64,000 nt of DNA from a candidate division WOR-3 bacterium (GTDB lineage: Bacteria > Hydrothermota > Hydrothermia > LBFQ01): the NCBI GenBank assembly GCA_039802605.1, contig JBDRWW010000006.1, positions 1 to 64,000 on the forward strand. Direction: 5' to 3'. The notes under the pieces were generated by a model. It saw nothing but the letters and a program-made list of their open reading frames with translations. It did not search any database and was not told where the DNA came from. This document shows, piece by piece, positions 30,050 to 41,014 of the stretch. Numbering within the stretch: the first letter of the stretch is position 1; every line of letters starts with the position of its first letter. The position numbers and the translations under genes are program-made.

Positions 30050-30700
30050 ATGCTTGAAGGAATAAAGGCTATACTTCAAGGTTTGGTTATAACTTTTAAG
30101 CATTTTTTGATGAATGTGGCAACAAACAGGTTTACGGTTCAATATCCCAAACAGAGGAGGGAACTACCCGATAGGGCTAGGTGGGCTTTATCCTTGCAGT
30201 GGCATGAGGATTTAACCGAAAGGTGTGTGGGTTGCCAGCTCTGTGCGGCTATATGCCCATCAGAGGCGATATACATTGAGGGGGCTGTTAACCCCCTTGA
30301 CAAACCCATTGGAAAGGGTGAAAGGTATGCGATGACATGGATCTGGGATGCTACGAGGTGTTTGTACTGCGGCTTTTGTGTTGAGGCCTGTCCGGAAGAG
30401 GCCATTGTTATGACAAAAATATACGAAATGGCTACGGATAAGAGGGAAGACTTGATATGGCATAAACCGAGACTTTATGAAGCCAAAAGGCAGCAATTTG
30501 GAGAGCAACCCACATTTGCGTGGATGGGGTTTTATAGAAAGTTGAAGGATATGGGCAAACCAATTGAGTTGGCGAGAATTTGGCATGAACAGGAGGAGGA
30601 GTATTATAAAAACAGGGGTAAAGGCTTTGATATGCACGACAGGTATAAGAGGTTCCTATTAGATGAGGATGTGGATGTCTATCTATCCACAAACAAATAA
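30050..30700 (+). CDS. nuoI: NADH-quinone oxidoreductase subunit I
   Basis: TVQYP, ERCVGCQLCAAICP and RCLYCGFCVEACPEEAI motifs. Confidence 0.88.
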   Translation: MLEGIKAILQGLVITFKHFLMNVATNRFTVQYPKQRRELPDRARWALSLQWHEDLTERCVGCQLCAAICPSEAIYIEGAVNPLDKPIGKGERYAMTWIWDATRCLYCGFCVEACPEEAIVMTKIYEMATDKREDLIWHKPRLYEAKRQQFGEQPTFAWMGFYRKLKDMGKPIELARIWHEQEEEYYKNRGKGFDMHDRYKRFLLDEDVDVYLSTNK

Positions 30701-30723
30701 AACGGAATTAAAATACCCAACTT

Positions 30724-30936
30724 ATGGGAAAGGGCAAAACCGCTTTACTCGCCTTTTTAGCCGGTGTTGTAGTAGGGGGCGCTATGGTGGTACTCTTAAC
30801 CCCATATACGGGTGAAGAGATAAGGGATAGACTCAAAAGGGAAGGGAGAAAACTCCTTAATAAAATTAGGGAAGATATAAAGGATATAGTGGAAAGGGTT
30901 GAGGAAGATATAGTCTCCATAGAGGAGGAAGAATAA
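30724..30936 (+). CDS. YtxH-like protein
   Basis: FLAGVVVGG...LLTPYTGEEIR motif. Confidence 0.85.
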   Translation: MGKGKTALLAFLAGVVVGGAMVVLLTPYTGEEIRDRLKREGRKLLNKIREDIKDIVERVEEDIVSIEEEE

Positions 30937-30937
30937 G

Positions 30938-31927
30938 ATGAAGATTGCGATAAACGGATTTGGTAGGATAGGTAGACAGGTTTTTAAGATTTTGCATAAA
31001 AGGGGGATTTTCGTTGATTATATAAACGACCTTACCGATGCGAAAACGTTGGCCCATTTGTTGAAATACGATACCGTTTATGGAAGGTTTGAAGCGGATA
31101 TTTCTTATGCCCAAGACGAAATAAAGGTTGATGGAAAATCCGTTAAGGTCTTTGCCGAAAGCGATCCCTCAAAACTCCCTTGGAAGGATTTGGGTGTTGA
31201 TATAGTTATAGAGGCTACGGGTAAGTTTGCGGAATATAACAAGGCTTATAAACACATAGAGGCGGGTGCAAAACATGTAATAATAACCGCTCCCGCAAAG
31301 GATAGGGCGGATATAACGGTCGTTTATGGTTTAAACCACAATAAAATAGACAAAGAAAAACATAAGATTATATCGGCCGCTTCTTGCACCACAAATGCCT
31401 TTGCCCTAATGGTTAAGGTCTTGCATGAAAACTTTGGAATCCGTAAAGGGCTTATGACAACCGTACACGGTTATACAAACGACCAGAGGTTGCAAGATGC
31501 ACCCCATAAGGACTTAAGGAGGGCGAGGAATGCCGCCTTAAACATAGTTCCCACCTCAACCGGGGCGTCTAAAACCATATTTGAGATTTACCCGGAATTG
31601 AAAGGGAAACTTGACGCGATTGCTCTAAGGGTTCCCGTCGCGGTTCCATCAATTGTTGATTTCTCGGTAGAGATAGAAAAGGATGTATCCGTGGATGATA
31701 TAAACTTGGCATTCAAAAAGGCCGCGGAGGGGGAATTAAAAGGGGTTTTGGGTTATACCGAAGAGGAACTCGTATCAAGCGACTTCATAGGGGAAAGGAG
31801 AACGGTAATTATAGATTTGCCTTTAACCAAGAAGGTGGATAATTATTACAAGGTTTTTGGTTGGTATGATAACGAATGGGGCTATTCCGAGAGGGTTGCG
31901 GATATAGTTTCCCTTCTCCTTAGATGA
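30938..31927 (+). CDS. gap: Type I glyceraldehyde-3-phosphate dehydrogenase
   Basis: INGFGRIGR, ASCTTN and WYDNEWGYS motifs. Confidence 0.98.
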   Translation: MKIAINGFGRIGRQVFKILHKRGIFVDYINDLTDAKTLAHLLKYDTVYGRFEADISYAQDEIKVDGKSVKVFAESDPSKLPWKDLGVDIVIEATGKFAEYNKAYKHIEAGAKHVIITAPAKDRADITVVYGLNHNKIDKEKHKIISAASCTTNAFALMVKVLHENFGIRKGLMTTVHGYTNDQRLQDAPHKDLRRARNAALNIVPTSTGASKTIFEIYPELKGKLDAIALRVPVAVPSIVDFSVEIEKDVSVDDINLAFKKAAEGELKGVLGYTEEELVSSDFIGERRTVIIDLPLTKKVDNYYKVFGWYDNEWGYSERVADIVSLLLR

Positions 31928-32859
31928 TAACATTTTTAGTTTTTCAAATTGGTAGTGCTACCGAAGAAATTTACGAGTTTAGTAAAATCGGTAGCTGGAC
32001 ATTTAAAGAGGTTTCAAAGGTTTATGCCCAAGGCGGTTTTTTATTTCTTGGTACCCCGGAGGGTTTAAAAACATTAAACATAATTACATTAAAGGATTCC
32101 GTAAAGGGCATACAACTTCCGGAATATAAAGCCGGTGCAAGGCCGGTAGGTATAGCATATTATAAAGGGGTGGTTTATGTGGGGGTTAATAAACTAACCG
32201 CTCCCGAAATTAGTGTTGTAAGCTTTACGGATGGAAAACTCATAACCTCAATACCCACTTCGGGAAACATAATTTCCCTTTCCGTATCTTCAAACTACCT
32301 TTTTGTCCTAACTTCATTGGGTTTGGAGGTTTATAATATTTCGGATCCAACTAACCCACAAAACGAGGCAAACTTGGTTTTTTCCTCGGGAGCGGCGCTT
32401 TCCATGTATGCATCCTATCCTTATATTATGATAGCATTGGGGCAGGATGGGCTTATGATACTTAAAATGGAAGGCAAATCCCTAAGTAAAGTTTATGAAT
32501 ACAAGCTTCCCGATGGAAACCCCGTTTTGGATGTTTCACCTTATGGTTCTTATGTTTATTTGGCTGCGGGTAAAGGCGGAATAAAGGTTTTAAACACAAC
32601 ATCACCAAACCCCCTCATTGGTGAAATAAAAACGGATAAACCGGTTTCTCGGGTATTGGTGTATGGAAAATACCTTTTAGCATCGTTGGGAGAAGGTGGT
32701 CTTGTTATGTATTCTTTGAGTAATCCGGCAAATCCCACACCCGTGGCATATTATTCAAGGGGAATGTTTCTGTACGATATTGCCGTTTATTCCGATGTGG
32801 TTGCTTTGGCCTTTGGAACAGGAGGTGTTATAACCCTTAAATCAAGACTCTTGAAGTGA
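31924..32859 (+). CDS. LVIVD-repeat beta-propeller protein
   Basis: GLEVYNISDPTNP, YVYLAAGKGGIKV and GLVMYSLSNPANP repeats. Confidence 0.8.
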   Translation: MITFLVFQIGSATEEIYEFSKIGSWTFKEVSKVYAQGGFLFLGTPEGLKTLNIITLKDSVKGIQLPEYKAGARPVGIAYYKGVVYVGVNKLTAPEISVVSFTDGKLITSIPTSGNIISLSVSSNYLFVLTSLGLEVYNISDPTNPQNEANLVFSSGAALSMYASYPYIMIALGQDGLMILKMEGKSLSKVYEYKLPDGNPVLDVSPYGSYVYLAAGKGGIKVLNTTSPNPLIGEIKTDKPVSRVLVYGKYLLASLGEGGLVMYSLSNPANPTPVAYYSRGMFLYDIAVYSDVVALAFGTGGVITLKSRLLK

Positions 32860-33593
32860 AGCATAGTCAAGTATTCCTAAAAGATGAAAGTTTTATAAAA
32901 AGGGTTGTGGATTCCCTTGATGTAAAACCCGGCGATTTTTTCGTTGAAGTTGGGCCTGGAATGGGAAACATCACTTTTGAATTGTTAAAACGGGGTGCAA
33001 AGGTTTTGACGGTAGAGATTGACGAGTTTTTATGTGGCCTTTTGAGGATGAAAGGTGTTGATGTTATATGTGCGGATTATTTAAAGGTTGATATTTCAAA
33101 AGAATTGGAAGAAAGGGGGATTTCCCCACCAATAAGGTTTTTTTCCAGTATCCCATATCACATAACCCACAGCATTTTGTTAAAAATTTGTTCTGAAAGG
33201 AAACTTTATAAGGATGTAAATCTTATTTTGCAATACGAGGTTGGTAAAAAATTAACGGCCGAGCACAACACAAAAGCCTACGGCGCCTTTACGGTTCTGA
33301 TGAGGAGCGTGTTTGATATATCCTTGGTATTTAACATCCCAAACAGGGCTTTTTCTCCCGTTCCAAAGGTGCATTCTTCACTTTTGAGGCTTATACCCAA
33401 ACCGGAAAATTCGGATATAAATTGCGAAAGGTTTTTAAAATTCCTCAACGGGTTTTTCAAAAACAGGAGAAAAAAAATGAAAAACATTTATCCAAGTGTC
33501 CCCAAAGAAATGGAGGATTTAAGACCGGAAAACATACCTCCCGAAACTTGGTTAAAATTCTTCCTTGTTGAAAACAAAACAAGACAACTTTAA
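32856..33593 (+). CDS. rsmA: 16S rRNA adenine dimethyltransferase RsmA/KsgA
   Basis: SQVFL, EVGPGMG, EIDE, SIPYHIT, FSPVPKVHS and RRK motifs. Confidence 0.9.
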   Translation: MKHSQVFLKDESFIKRVVDSLDVKPGDFFVEVGPGMGNITFELLKRGAKVLTVEIDEFLCGLLRMKGVDVICADYLKVDISKELEERGISPPIRFFSSIPYHITHSILLKICSERKLYKDVNLILQYEVGKKLTAEHNTKAYGAFTVLMRSVFDISLVFNIPNRAFSPVPKVHSSLLRLIPKPENSDINCERFLKFLNGFFKNRRKKMKNIYPSVPKEMEDLRPENIPPETWLKFFLVENKTRQL

Positions 33594-33605
33594 AATATTT
33601 GGTGG

Positions 33606-34409
33606 GTGTATAAGGTACAGGTTTCATACGATCTCCTTGAGGCTATAAAAAAGGCTTTGGAAAGTGAAAATTTGTATAAAGATTTGTTAAAAGGGGAAGT
33701 TCGCAAAAAGATAACACCAAACATATTCGAGGAGGCTTACAAGTATCACATATACAAAAATCCCATACATGCCCTTAGGCTTTTCCGCAGGTCAATAAAC
33801 GAAATATTAAAATACGCGGATGGAAAAACTCTAATTGACGAAACGGTTGGAAACTTAAAAAACATAGCAAAGGTGGGGGATCAATATTTAAAACTATTTC
33901 TGGTAAAATTGGATTTAAGCGACATTGAGGATTTTGACAAGGTTTTGGATATAGAGCCGGCCTTGATATTAAAGGAGGTGGATTATAAAGATATTGATAA
34001 TTTGTTTATGGCCGCCGGGCATTTCTTGGAAGCGGCCGAGACATCCTTACTTTTAAGGTTGTACGCTTATTTTCACCTGTTTTACTACAAGTTCTTGGTA
34101 TGCTTCAGCTTAATAAAGAGGATAATTGATATAAAGCGGGTTAAAGGCGCAGACGACCTGATAAAGGTTCATTTGGAAGGGATGGAGGTTATAGAATCAC
34201 TTTTGGTAGAGCATTACAGGTTAAAGGATATGGGCGAACTCAATCTCTCCGTTGAAGAGATGTTTTACACCTTGGAAAATCTAAAAGCCATTTTGATTTC
34301 AAAGTATGAGGATGGGGATTATGTTGGCGTGATAAAGGAATACTTTAAGTTGATGGGTGTTATCGATGCCTTTGAGAAAAGTTTCCTAAACGGTGAAATT
34401 CAACCTTAA
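33606..34409 (+). CDS. Hypothetical helical protein
   Basis: 267-aa ORF with typical codon usage and its own promoter. Confidence 0.7.
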   Translation: MYKVQVSYDLLEAIKKALESENLYKDLLKGEVRKKITPNIFEEAYKYHIYKNPIHALRLFRRSINEILKYADGKTLIDETVGNLKNIAKVGDQYLKLFLVKLDLSDIEDFDKVLDIEPALILKEVDYKDIDNLFMAAGHFLEAAETSLLLRLYAYFHLFYYKFLVCFSLIKRIIDIKRVKGADDLIKVHLEGMEVIESLLVEHYRLKDMGELNLSVEEMFYTLENLKAILISKYEDGDYVGVIKEYFKLMGVIDAFEKSFLNGEIQP

Positions 34410-34433
34410 AATACCCGCCAAAGGAGGTTGATT

Positions 34434-34679
34434 ATGGACAGGGCACAAATATTGGAAAAAATTCGTGAGATAGTGGTAGAAGAACTTGGCGTTAGTGCCG
34501 ATAAGGTTACGGAACAGGCAAGGTTCATAGAGGACCTCGGTGCGGATTCCATAGGCGTAATGGAACTCGTGATGAAAATGGAGGATGCCTTTGACATTCA
34601 GATACCCGATCAGGATATAGAAAAGATCCGTACCGTAGGGGATGCCATAAATTATATACTTTCAAAGAAAGGGCAGTGA
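34434..34679 (+). CDS. acpP: Acyl carrier protein
   Basis: DLGADSI motif; AAGGAGG RBS. Confidence 0.97.
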   Translation: MDRAQILEKIREIVVEELGVSADKVTEQARFIEDLGADSIGVMELVMKMEDAFDIQIPDQDIEKIRTVGDAINYILSKKGQ

Positions 34680-35926
34680 GAAGGGTTGTTATAACCGGCC
34701 TTGGGGCTTTAACGCCCCTCGGCCACGATGTTAAAGAAACTTGGGAAAATCTGGTTGCGGGTAAAAGTGGGGTTGGTCTGATTGATAGGTTTGATACTTC
34801 AAGCTTTAAGGTTAAGATTGCCGCTCAGATAAAGAATTTTGACCCTACCAAGAGGTTATCGCAAAAAGAGGCCGGTGTTCCGTTAAGAAAACTCGATCCC
34901 TTTGCAATATACACATTATGGGCGGTCGAGGAAGCCATCGAAGACAGTAACTTACTGAAATCGAAATTTGACCCAGATAAGGTGGGGGTTATAATAGCAT
35001 CTGGGATAGGGGGTGTTGAAACCCTTGAAAGGGAAATAATTGAAGGTTATACACGGGGATACGACAAGATAACCCCTTACCTCATCCCAATGATGATACC
35101 GGACATGGCTTCGGGTTTGGTGGCCATAAAGTACGGTTTTAAGGGACCAAACTATTGCACCGTTTCCGCCTGCGCATCCTCCGCTCACGCAATAGGTGAT
35201 GCTATGAGGTTAATACAGTATGGGGATGCGGATGTTATGGTAGTTGGGGGTTCGGAGGCCCCAATAATACCCACGGCCGTCGCCGGATTTTCCGCCATGA
35301 GGGCTTTATCCATGAGGAATGACGAACCGGAAAAGGCTTCAAGACCATTTGATAGGGATAGGGATGGTTTTGTTATGGGTGAGGGGGCGGCGGTTTTGAT
35401 TTTGGAGGAGTACGAACACGCTTTAAGGAGGGGGGCAAAAATATACGCCGAACTCATAGGATATGGCGCCACGGCGGATGCATATCACATAACGGCCCCT
35501 TGCGCCGACGGCGAGGGCGCGGTTAAATGTATGCTTAGGGCTATTAAAGATGCCAAAATAACCCCAGATGATGTTGATTACATAAATGCCCATGGGACAT
35601 CCACAAAACTCAACGATGCGGCCGAAACCCTTGCAATAAAAAGGGTTTTTGGTGAAAGGGCGTATAAAATTCCTATAAGTTCAACAAAGTCAATGATAGG
35701 GCATCTTTTAGGCGCTGCGGGGGCAATAGAAGCCTTGGTAACAGTAATGACGGTTTATACCGATACAATACACCCCACCATAAATTACGAAAACCCTGAC
35801 CCCGAATGCGATTTGGATTATGTTCCCAATGTTGCCCGTAAGCAAAGGGTTAATATAGCATTAACCAACTCATTCGGTTTTGGCGGGCACAATGTTAGCC
35901 TAATATTTAAGAAATTTGAGGGATGA
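34676..35926 (+). CDS. fabF: Beta-ketoacyl-ACP synthase II
   Basis: [33 protein letters not shown] and NSFGFGG motifs. Confidence 0.97.
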   Translation: MRRVVITGLGALTPLGHDVKETWENLVAGKSGVGLIDRFDTSSFKVKIAAQIKNFDPTKRLSQKEAGVPLRKLDPFAIYTLWAVEEAIEDSNLLKSKFDPDKVGVIIASGIGGVETLEREIIEGYTRGYDKITPYLIPMMIPDMASGLVAIKYGFKGPNYCTVSACASSAHAIGDAMRLIQYGDADVMVVGGSEAPIIPTAVAGFSAMRALSMRNDEPEKASRPFDRDRDGFVMGEGAAVLILEEYEHALRRGAKIYAELIGYGATADAYHITAPCADGEGAVKCMLRAIKDAKITPDDVDYINAHGTSTKLNDAAETLAIKRVFGERAYKIPISSTKSMIGHLLGAAGAIEALVTVMTVYTDTIHPTINYENPDPECDLDYVPNVARKQRVNIALTNSFGFGGHNVSLIFKKFEG

Positions 35927-35973
35927 AAAACTTACCCCAATACACACCTTTCACCCTTATAATATTCACCTCT

Positions 35974-36264
35974 ATGAAAAGGTATATTTTATCAATCGCA
36001 TTGGCCGCGGTGGGTGTTATGCTCATAGGCGCCAATGGGTGCGCCGATCAGGAGGCCCGCAACAAGATAGCGGAGTTGGAGTCCAAGGTAGCGGCGGTTG
36101 GCGACCTCCAAAGCAGGATAGAATCCTTGGAAAACAGGCTTTCCGAGTTGGAGGCAAAGATAAGCGAAATGGAAGCCAAGAAAGAAGAGAAGAAAACCGG
36201 CGCGGCAGCTACAAAGGGTACAACGCAACCCAAGACCGGGCCTTTACCCGGTAAGGTTAAGTGA
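35974..36264 (+). CDS. Small coiled-coil lipoprotein
   Basis: MKRYILS...GANGC signal peptide, heptad repeats; start follows TATAAT. Confidence 0.75.
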   Translation: MKRYILSIALAAVGVMLIGANGCADQEARNKIAELESKVAAVGDLQSRIESLENRLSELEAKISEMEAKKEEKKTGAAATKGTTQPKTGPLPGKVK

Positions 36265-36284
36265 GAAAAAAAGGAGGTATGAGC

Positions 36285-37064
36285 ATGCGTAAGTTTTATG
36301 TTTTAGCGCTTTTAGGCATAGGGGCCTTGGCCCTTGCGGGGTGCGATGGGGGCACCCTTGGAGGGAATCCCGAGATAGTTAGTAAGACGGCTACCAATAG
36401 CGGGGCCGATCTCCAAATAGTATGGAAGAGCGTTGAGAACGCGGAAGAATATAGGGTATACTGCGACGGCAACAAGATATGGAGCGGTAAGGATACCACA
36501 TATACCATAGCGGGTGCCAGCAATGTATGTAAAACCGTAGAGGTTTCGGCTGTCAAGGGAGGTGATGAAAGCAAAACGCCAATAGACCTAACCCCCAAAT
36601 CCGGAAGTATTAGCGGTTTGATTTCTCATGACGGCACGGGTAATTCTTGGGTAAAGATAGACTTTTCAACGGGTGATATAAGTTCAACCCAGCAGAGTAG
36701 CGTAAATCCCAACGCTCCAAATACCGGTTGGTTTGTATTCTTCAACAACTCCGGTAATCCGGAATTTAGGGATGCTTCTGCCACTTCTGTTGGTTCCGCA
36801 AAAATGGAAATGGCTTTCACGGCTTCAAGCAGCGGAAACCTCGCTCCGGGGACGGGGAATTACAATACGGTTAGAGGTACTGGCAATAATGCCTATCACT
36901 TCTTCTGGGCGGATAACACGGCCACAGGATATGGTAGTATGGATAACAACGATTACTTCGGTGTTATAAAGGTAACAAGCCTTACGGGTGCCGGTCCATA
37001 CACGGCAAACCTGGAAATATATGTGCAAAACAAGGTTGCCGGCCTAAGGTGGGTTAAGTTCTAA
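36285..37064 (+). CDS. Surface lipoprotein (possible HmuY-like C-terminal fold)
   Basis: LAGC lipobox, GGAGG RBS, followed by a terminator. Confidence 0.75.
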   Translation: MRKFYVLALLGIGALALAGCDGGTLGGNPEIVSKTATNSGADLQIVWKSVENAEEYRVYCDGNKIWSGKDTTYTIAGASNVCKTVEVSAVKGGDESKTPIDLTPKSGSISGLISHDGTGNSWVKIDFSTGDISSTQQSSVNPNAPNTGWFVFFNNSGNPEFRDASATSVGSAKMEMAFTASSSGNLAPGTGNYNTVRGTGNNAYHFFWADNTATGYGSMDNNDYFGVIKVTSLTGAGPYTANLEIYVQNKVAGLRWVKF

Positions 37065-37089
37065 CGCGTAAGGTAGGAACAAACAATGG

Positions 37090-37113
37090 GGGGGCCGAAA
37101 GGCCCCCTTTTTT
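37090..37113 (+). terminator. Intrinsic terminator
   Basis: GGGGGCC-GAAA-GGCCCCC followed by T6. Confidence 0.92.
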
Positions 37114-37438
37114 ATTTCAGCATTTGGTTTATATGCCCTTCCATAAGCCTTTTCGTTTTCCCCCTTTATTTCATATAAAAATCGCAAGGTGTAGGGGTCA
37201 TCTTTGGCATACTTTAAAGCCTTTTCAAAGTTTAACCTTATGGAATAGTACACGCTTAAAGCGAAATCCGATATTGGCGTTTCTATACCTTCCCTTTTCA
37301 CCTTCACCGCAAACTCCCCCCCAAATGATACCATCCCCTTAAAATCGCCGTTATCATGGCATCTTCTAAAATACCTTTATCCCCATTCCGTAAGGCATAT
37401 TCAAACTCCGACTTTAACTTCTTTTTATCCATTTCCAT
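37110..37438 (-). pseudogene. Frameshifted and truncated paralogue of 37425-38357
   Basis: MEMDKKKLKSEFEYALRNGDK...GWYHLG frame switches at a G7 run to GEFAVK...SDFALSVYYSI; aligns by eye with the upstream gene. Confidence 0.65.
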
Positions 37439-38357
37439 AAAGTACCTCCACAAATTTAAGCGTATGTTTATGCCAATGCTTGTTTTTTATAATTTCAACC
37501 CTTTCACCGTATTCTTTATACCCCATAAGCAATAATGCCCCTTTACACATGACCTCGTGATAGAGGAACCTCCTATTATAAAACTTATCAGCCCAGAATT
37601 TCAGGTAGTTTTCATCACGGCTCAGGATGGCCTTATATATTTCAAACCATTTAAACATATACAAACTCCTTTCGGTTTTTGCCGTATCAATGGCGCTTTT
37701 GATAAGCCTTTTTGCAATTTGCCCTTTACCCATAAAAACCGTATATGGTATCAAAACCTGCATTATTCTTAAAGAATCGTGGTCATAATTTTCCGAAAGC
37801 GTTAAATTCAAAACCCTCAAAGCCTTCTTCAAATAGCTTTCATCACCCCTTCCCAGTAAAAGGTTGTATATTCCCTCGGCATAAGTTTTTATCGCCAATT
37901 GGCTTATATATTCTATATCATCCTCCGAAGGTTCTAAACCGACAAACTTATCAAAATCCCCCTTGTAAAGGATGAAATACTTTTCCCTTACATCCCTCCA
38001 AAATGTGGATTGTTGGGGATACTGTTTCCTCGCCAATCTATCGTATTTTAAAGCCAAGGGGTTATAGCCGAGATATTCGTAAAAAATCCTTTTACACCTG
38101 TAATAAAACTCACCTTTTCCGTTTGTGTGTTTATAAGCCCTTTTGGAATCCATTTTGGATATGGTATAATATACAACCGACATTAGATCGCTAAGCTCAT
38201 CCCCGCCAAACCTCTTTTCATAAACATTTATGACCATTTTTAACCTTTTAAACCATCCAAAATGGGCTATTTTTAAACCCAACTCTGCCAAATCATCCTT
38301 AGTACCCGTTTCCAATGTGCGCATAAACCCCTTTAAAAAATCGTCCGATATTGGCAT
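37425..38357 (-). CDS. Hypothetical helical-repeat (TPR-like) protein
   Basis: 310-aa ORF directly after asnS. Confidence 0.7.
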   Translation of the reverse strand: MPISDDFLKGFMRTLETGTKDDLAELGLKIAHFGWFKRLKMVINVYEKRFGGDELSDLMSVVYYTISKMDSKRAYKHTNGKGEFYYRCKRIFYEYLGYNPLALKYDRLARKQYPQQSTFWRDVREKYFILYKGDFDKFVGLEPSEDDIEYISQLAIKTYAEGIYNLLLGRGDESYLKKALRVLNLTLSENYDHDSLRIMQVLIPYTVFMGKGQIAKRLIKSAIDTAKTERSLYMFKWFEIYKAILSRDENYLKFWADKFYNRRFLYHEVMCKGALLLMGYKEYGERVEIIKNKHWHKHTLKFVEVLYGNG

Positions 38358-39680
38358 CTACGGGCTAAATCTTTCTATTGTCCTCGCAAATGGTATGGCT
38401 TCCCTAACATGCTTTATTCCGCATATCCACGCCACCGTCCTTTCAAGTCCCAATCCAAAACCGGAATGGGGAACGGAACCGAATTTCCTCAAATCCAAAT
38501 ACCAATCATAAACTTCCAAGGGCAAACCCGCTTCCTTTATCCTCTCAACCAATGTGTTATAATCGTCTTCCCTTTGACTTCCACCTATTATTTCCCCATA
38601 ACCTTCCGGAGCCAAAACATCAACGCATAAAACCTTGTTGGGATCCTCCGGGTCCAATTTCATATAGAAGGGTTTTATGGACTTGGGATAACGGGTTATC
38701 ATAACCGGTTTATCAAATCTTTCGGATATTATAGTCTCCTCATCCCCTCCAAAATCATCACCGTATCTAAAATCTATTTCCCTACCCTTTGCCCTCTCCT
38801 CTTGCAAAATTTTTGCCGCATCGTCATAAGTTATCCTTGGAAATGGCTTTTTTATCCTTTCAAGTTTCGTTATATCCCTTTCCAAAGTCTCCAATTCAAA
38901 CCTCTTATTCTCCAAAACCCTTTCAACTATATAAACCACCAAATCTTCGGCCAAATCCATTATATCTTCAAGGGTTGCCCATGCCACCTCGGGTTCTATC
39001 ATCCAGAATTCGGTTAAATGCCTCCTGGTTTTTGACTTCTCCGCCCTAAAAGTAGGGCCAAAGGAATAAACCTTACCCAAGGCCATTGCCCCAGCCTCCA
39101 TATACAGCTGCCCGGATTGCGTTAAATAAACCTTGTTTTCGTCAAAATATGGAACCTCAAAAAGTGTTGTGGTACCCTCAACGGATGCCGGGGTAAATAT
39201 TGGCGGGTCAAACCTTACAAATCCCCTATTCTCAAAGAAATCCACAATGGCCCTTTCAACCTCGTCCCTTATCCTTAAAATCGCCCACTGTTTTCTTGAC
39301 CTTATCCACAAATGCCTAAAATGAAATAATTTCCCAACATCGGGTATGTTTTCGGGCCTTACCTTTGGAATGGGATATGTTTCAAGGGATTTTGAGTGTA
39401 TCTTTAAGTCTTTAACATGTATTTCGTATCCGCCTATTGCCCTTTTATCTTCCTTTGCTATTCCCCTTACTATAACCGCATCTTCGTAATCCAACTCATC
39501 GTAAAGGTTAAACACATCTTCCGGGACATCGCTTTTTGCAACAACGCATTGAACAAAGCCCGTGCCGTCCCTAATTATCAAGAAGTGTATTTTACCCGAT
39601 GACCTTTTGTTAAAAAGCCAACCCCTTATCTCAACCTCTTCATCTTTATGTTTTTTTAAATCCTCAATCCAGACATGCAT
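38358..39680 (-). CDS. asnS: Asparagine--tRNA ligase
   Basis: [32 protein letters not shown] and [11 protein letters not shown]; start MHVWIED follows TATAAT. Confidence 0.96.
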   Translation of the reverse strand: MHVWIEDLKKHKDEEVEIRGWLFNKRSSGKIHFLIIRDGTGFVQCVVAKSDVPEDVFNLYDELDYEDAVIVRGIAKEDKRAIGGYEIHVKDLKIHSKSLETYPIPKVRPENIPDVGKLFHFRHLWIRSRKQWAILRIRDEVERAIVDFFENRGFVRFDPPIFTPASVEGTTTLFEVPYFDENKVYLTQSGQLYMEAGAMALGKVYSFGPTFRAEKSKTRRHLTEFWMIEPEVAWATLEDIMDLAEDLVVYIVERVLENKRFELETLERDITKLERIKKPFPRITYDDAAKILQEERAKGREIDFRYGDDFGGDEETIISERFDKPVMITRYPKSIKPFYMKLDPEDPNKVLCVDVLAPEGYGEIIGGSQREDDYNTLVERIKEAGLPLEVYDWYLDLRKFGSVPHSGFGLGLERTVAWICGIKHVREAIPFARTIERFSP

Positions 39681-39703
39681 AGGTTGGGAATTATAAAGAG
39701 GCA

Positions 39704-40099
39704 TCACTTGCCGATGATTTCTATATAAACCTTTCTACTCCTTGGGCCATCAAATTCGCAAAAGAATACCCCTTGCCATGTCCCGAGAACTATATCGCCG
39801 TTGTTTATTATCAATGTTAAACTCTGACCGACTAAAACGCTTTTTATGTGTGAATCCGCGTTCCCTTCAAGGTGTTTATAAACCTTGTTTTCCGGAACCA
39901 ATTCGGATAGATGTTGGGATATATCAACCCCAACGGAGGGGTCCGCGTTCTCGTTTATTGTTAAGGCGGCCGTTGTATGCGGACAGTATAACACGCATAT
40001 ACCCTCCTTAACCCCACTTTCTTTAACAACCCTCCTAACCTCATATGTTATATCAACCAGTTCGTTCCGCTTATTCGTCCTTATGTTTAAGGTTTTCAT
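39704..40099 (-). CDS. yjbQ: YjbQ / UPF0047 family protein
   Basis: [22 protein letters not shown] and [14 protein letters not shown] motifs. Confidence 0.93.
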   Translation of the reverse strand: MKTLNIRTNKRNELVDITYEVRRVVKESGVKEGICVLYCPHTTAALTINENADPSVGVDISQHLSELVPENKVYKHLEGNADSHIKSVLVGQSLTLIINNGDIVLGTWQGVFFCEFDGPRSRKVYIEIIGK

Positions 40100-40977
40100 C
40101 CTATCTTCTCGTTTAAAACATAACCCTCATCGGCGTTTATTATGAAGTTATCTATAAGCCTTGCTTCTGGAAACCTAACGGCTATTGCGAGCAATACCTC
40201 ATCCGAAACTATATTTACGGGTTCAAGGGTTTTGGTGCTCGCTATTTCAACATAATCTATTTTGGCACTCGGTGCGTTTTCGTTTAAAAACTTTTTCATC
40301 TCCCCTTTTATTTTTTCAGATATCCTCTCACCCGAGAAAATCATTTCCTTGCCGAGTTTTAAAGCCTTGTATATTGCGGTTGCCTGTTTACGGCTCTCTT
40401 CGGATAGGTATTCGTTCCTTGAAGACATGGCCAAACCATCCGGTTCCCTAACGGTCTCATGCGGTAAAATCTCAATATCCAAATTCAAATCCCTAACCAT
40501 CCTCTTGATTATGTAATACTGCTGGGCATCCTTTAAACCGAAAACCGCAAAGTGGGGTTTGACTATGTTAAAGAGCTTCAAAACTACCGTTGCAACCCCC
40601 CTAAAATGCCCCGGCCTAAACTCCCCCTCCATATACCTGTCGAGGTTCTTAACCTCAACATATGTAGAAAAATCTTCGGGATACATATCCTCAACCGTAG
40701 GATAGAATACGGCTTGAACCCCTTCCATCTCACACTTATACCTATCCTCTTCAAACCTCCTCGGATACCTGATATAATCCGAGCCGGGTTCAAACTGTAA
40801 AGGGTTTACAAATATGCTAACAACGAGAAAATCGCTTTCCTTCCTCGCCTTTCTTATAAGCCTTAAATGGCCTTCGTGCAAGGCCCCCATAGTGGGCACA
40901 AAACCTATAACCTTTCCCTCTTTACGCAAGTTATTTACCAACAACTGCATCTCTTTTGGATTGCTTATAACGAGCAT
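40096..40977 (-). CDS. panC: Pantoate--beta-alanine ligase
   Basis: [28 protein letters not shown] and RLIDN motifs. Confidence 0.97.
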   Translation of the reverse strand: MLVISNPKEMQLLVNNLRKEGKVIGFVPTMGALHEGHLRLIRKARKESDFLVVSIFVNPLQFEPGSDYIRYPRRFEEDRYKCEMEGVQAVFYPTVEDMYPEDFSTYVEVKNLDRYMEGEFRPGHFRGVATVVLKLFNIVKPHFAVFGLKDAQQYYIIKRMVRDLNLDIEILPHETVREPDGLAMSSRNEYLSEESRKQATAIYKALKLGKEMIFSGERISEKIKGEMKKFLNENAPSAKIDYVEIASTKTLEPVNIVSDEVLLAIAVRFPEARLIDNFIINADEGYVLNEKIG

Positions 40978-41014
40978 GATAAAGAATTCTAAGGGTGGGT
41001 GGGATTTTAAAACT

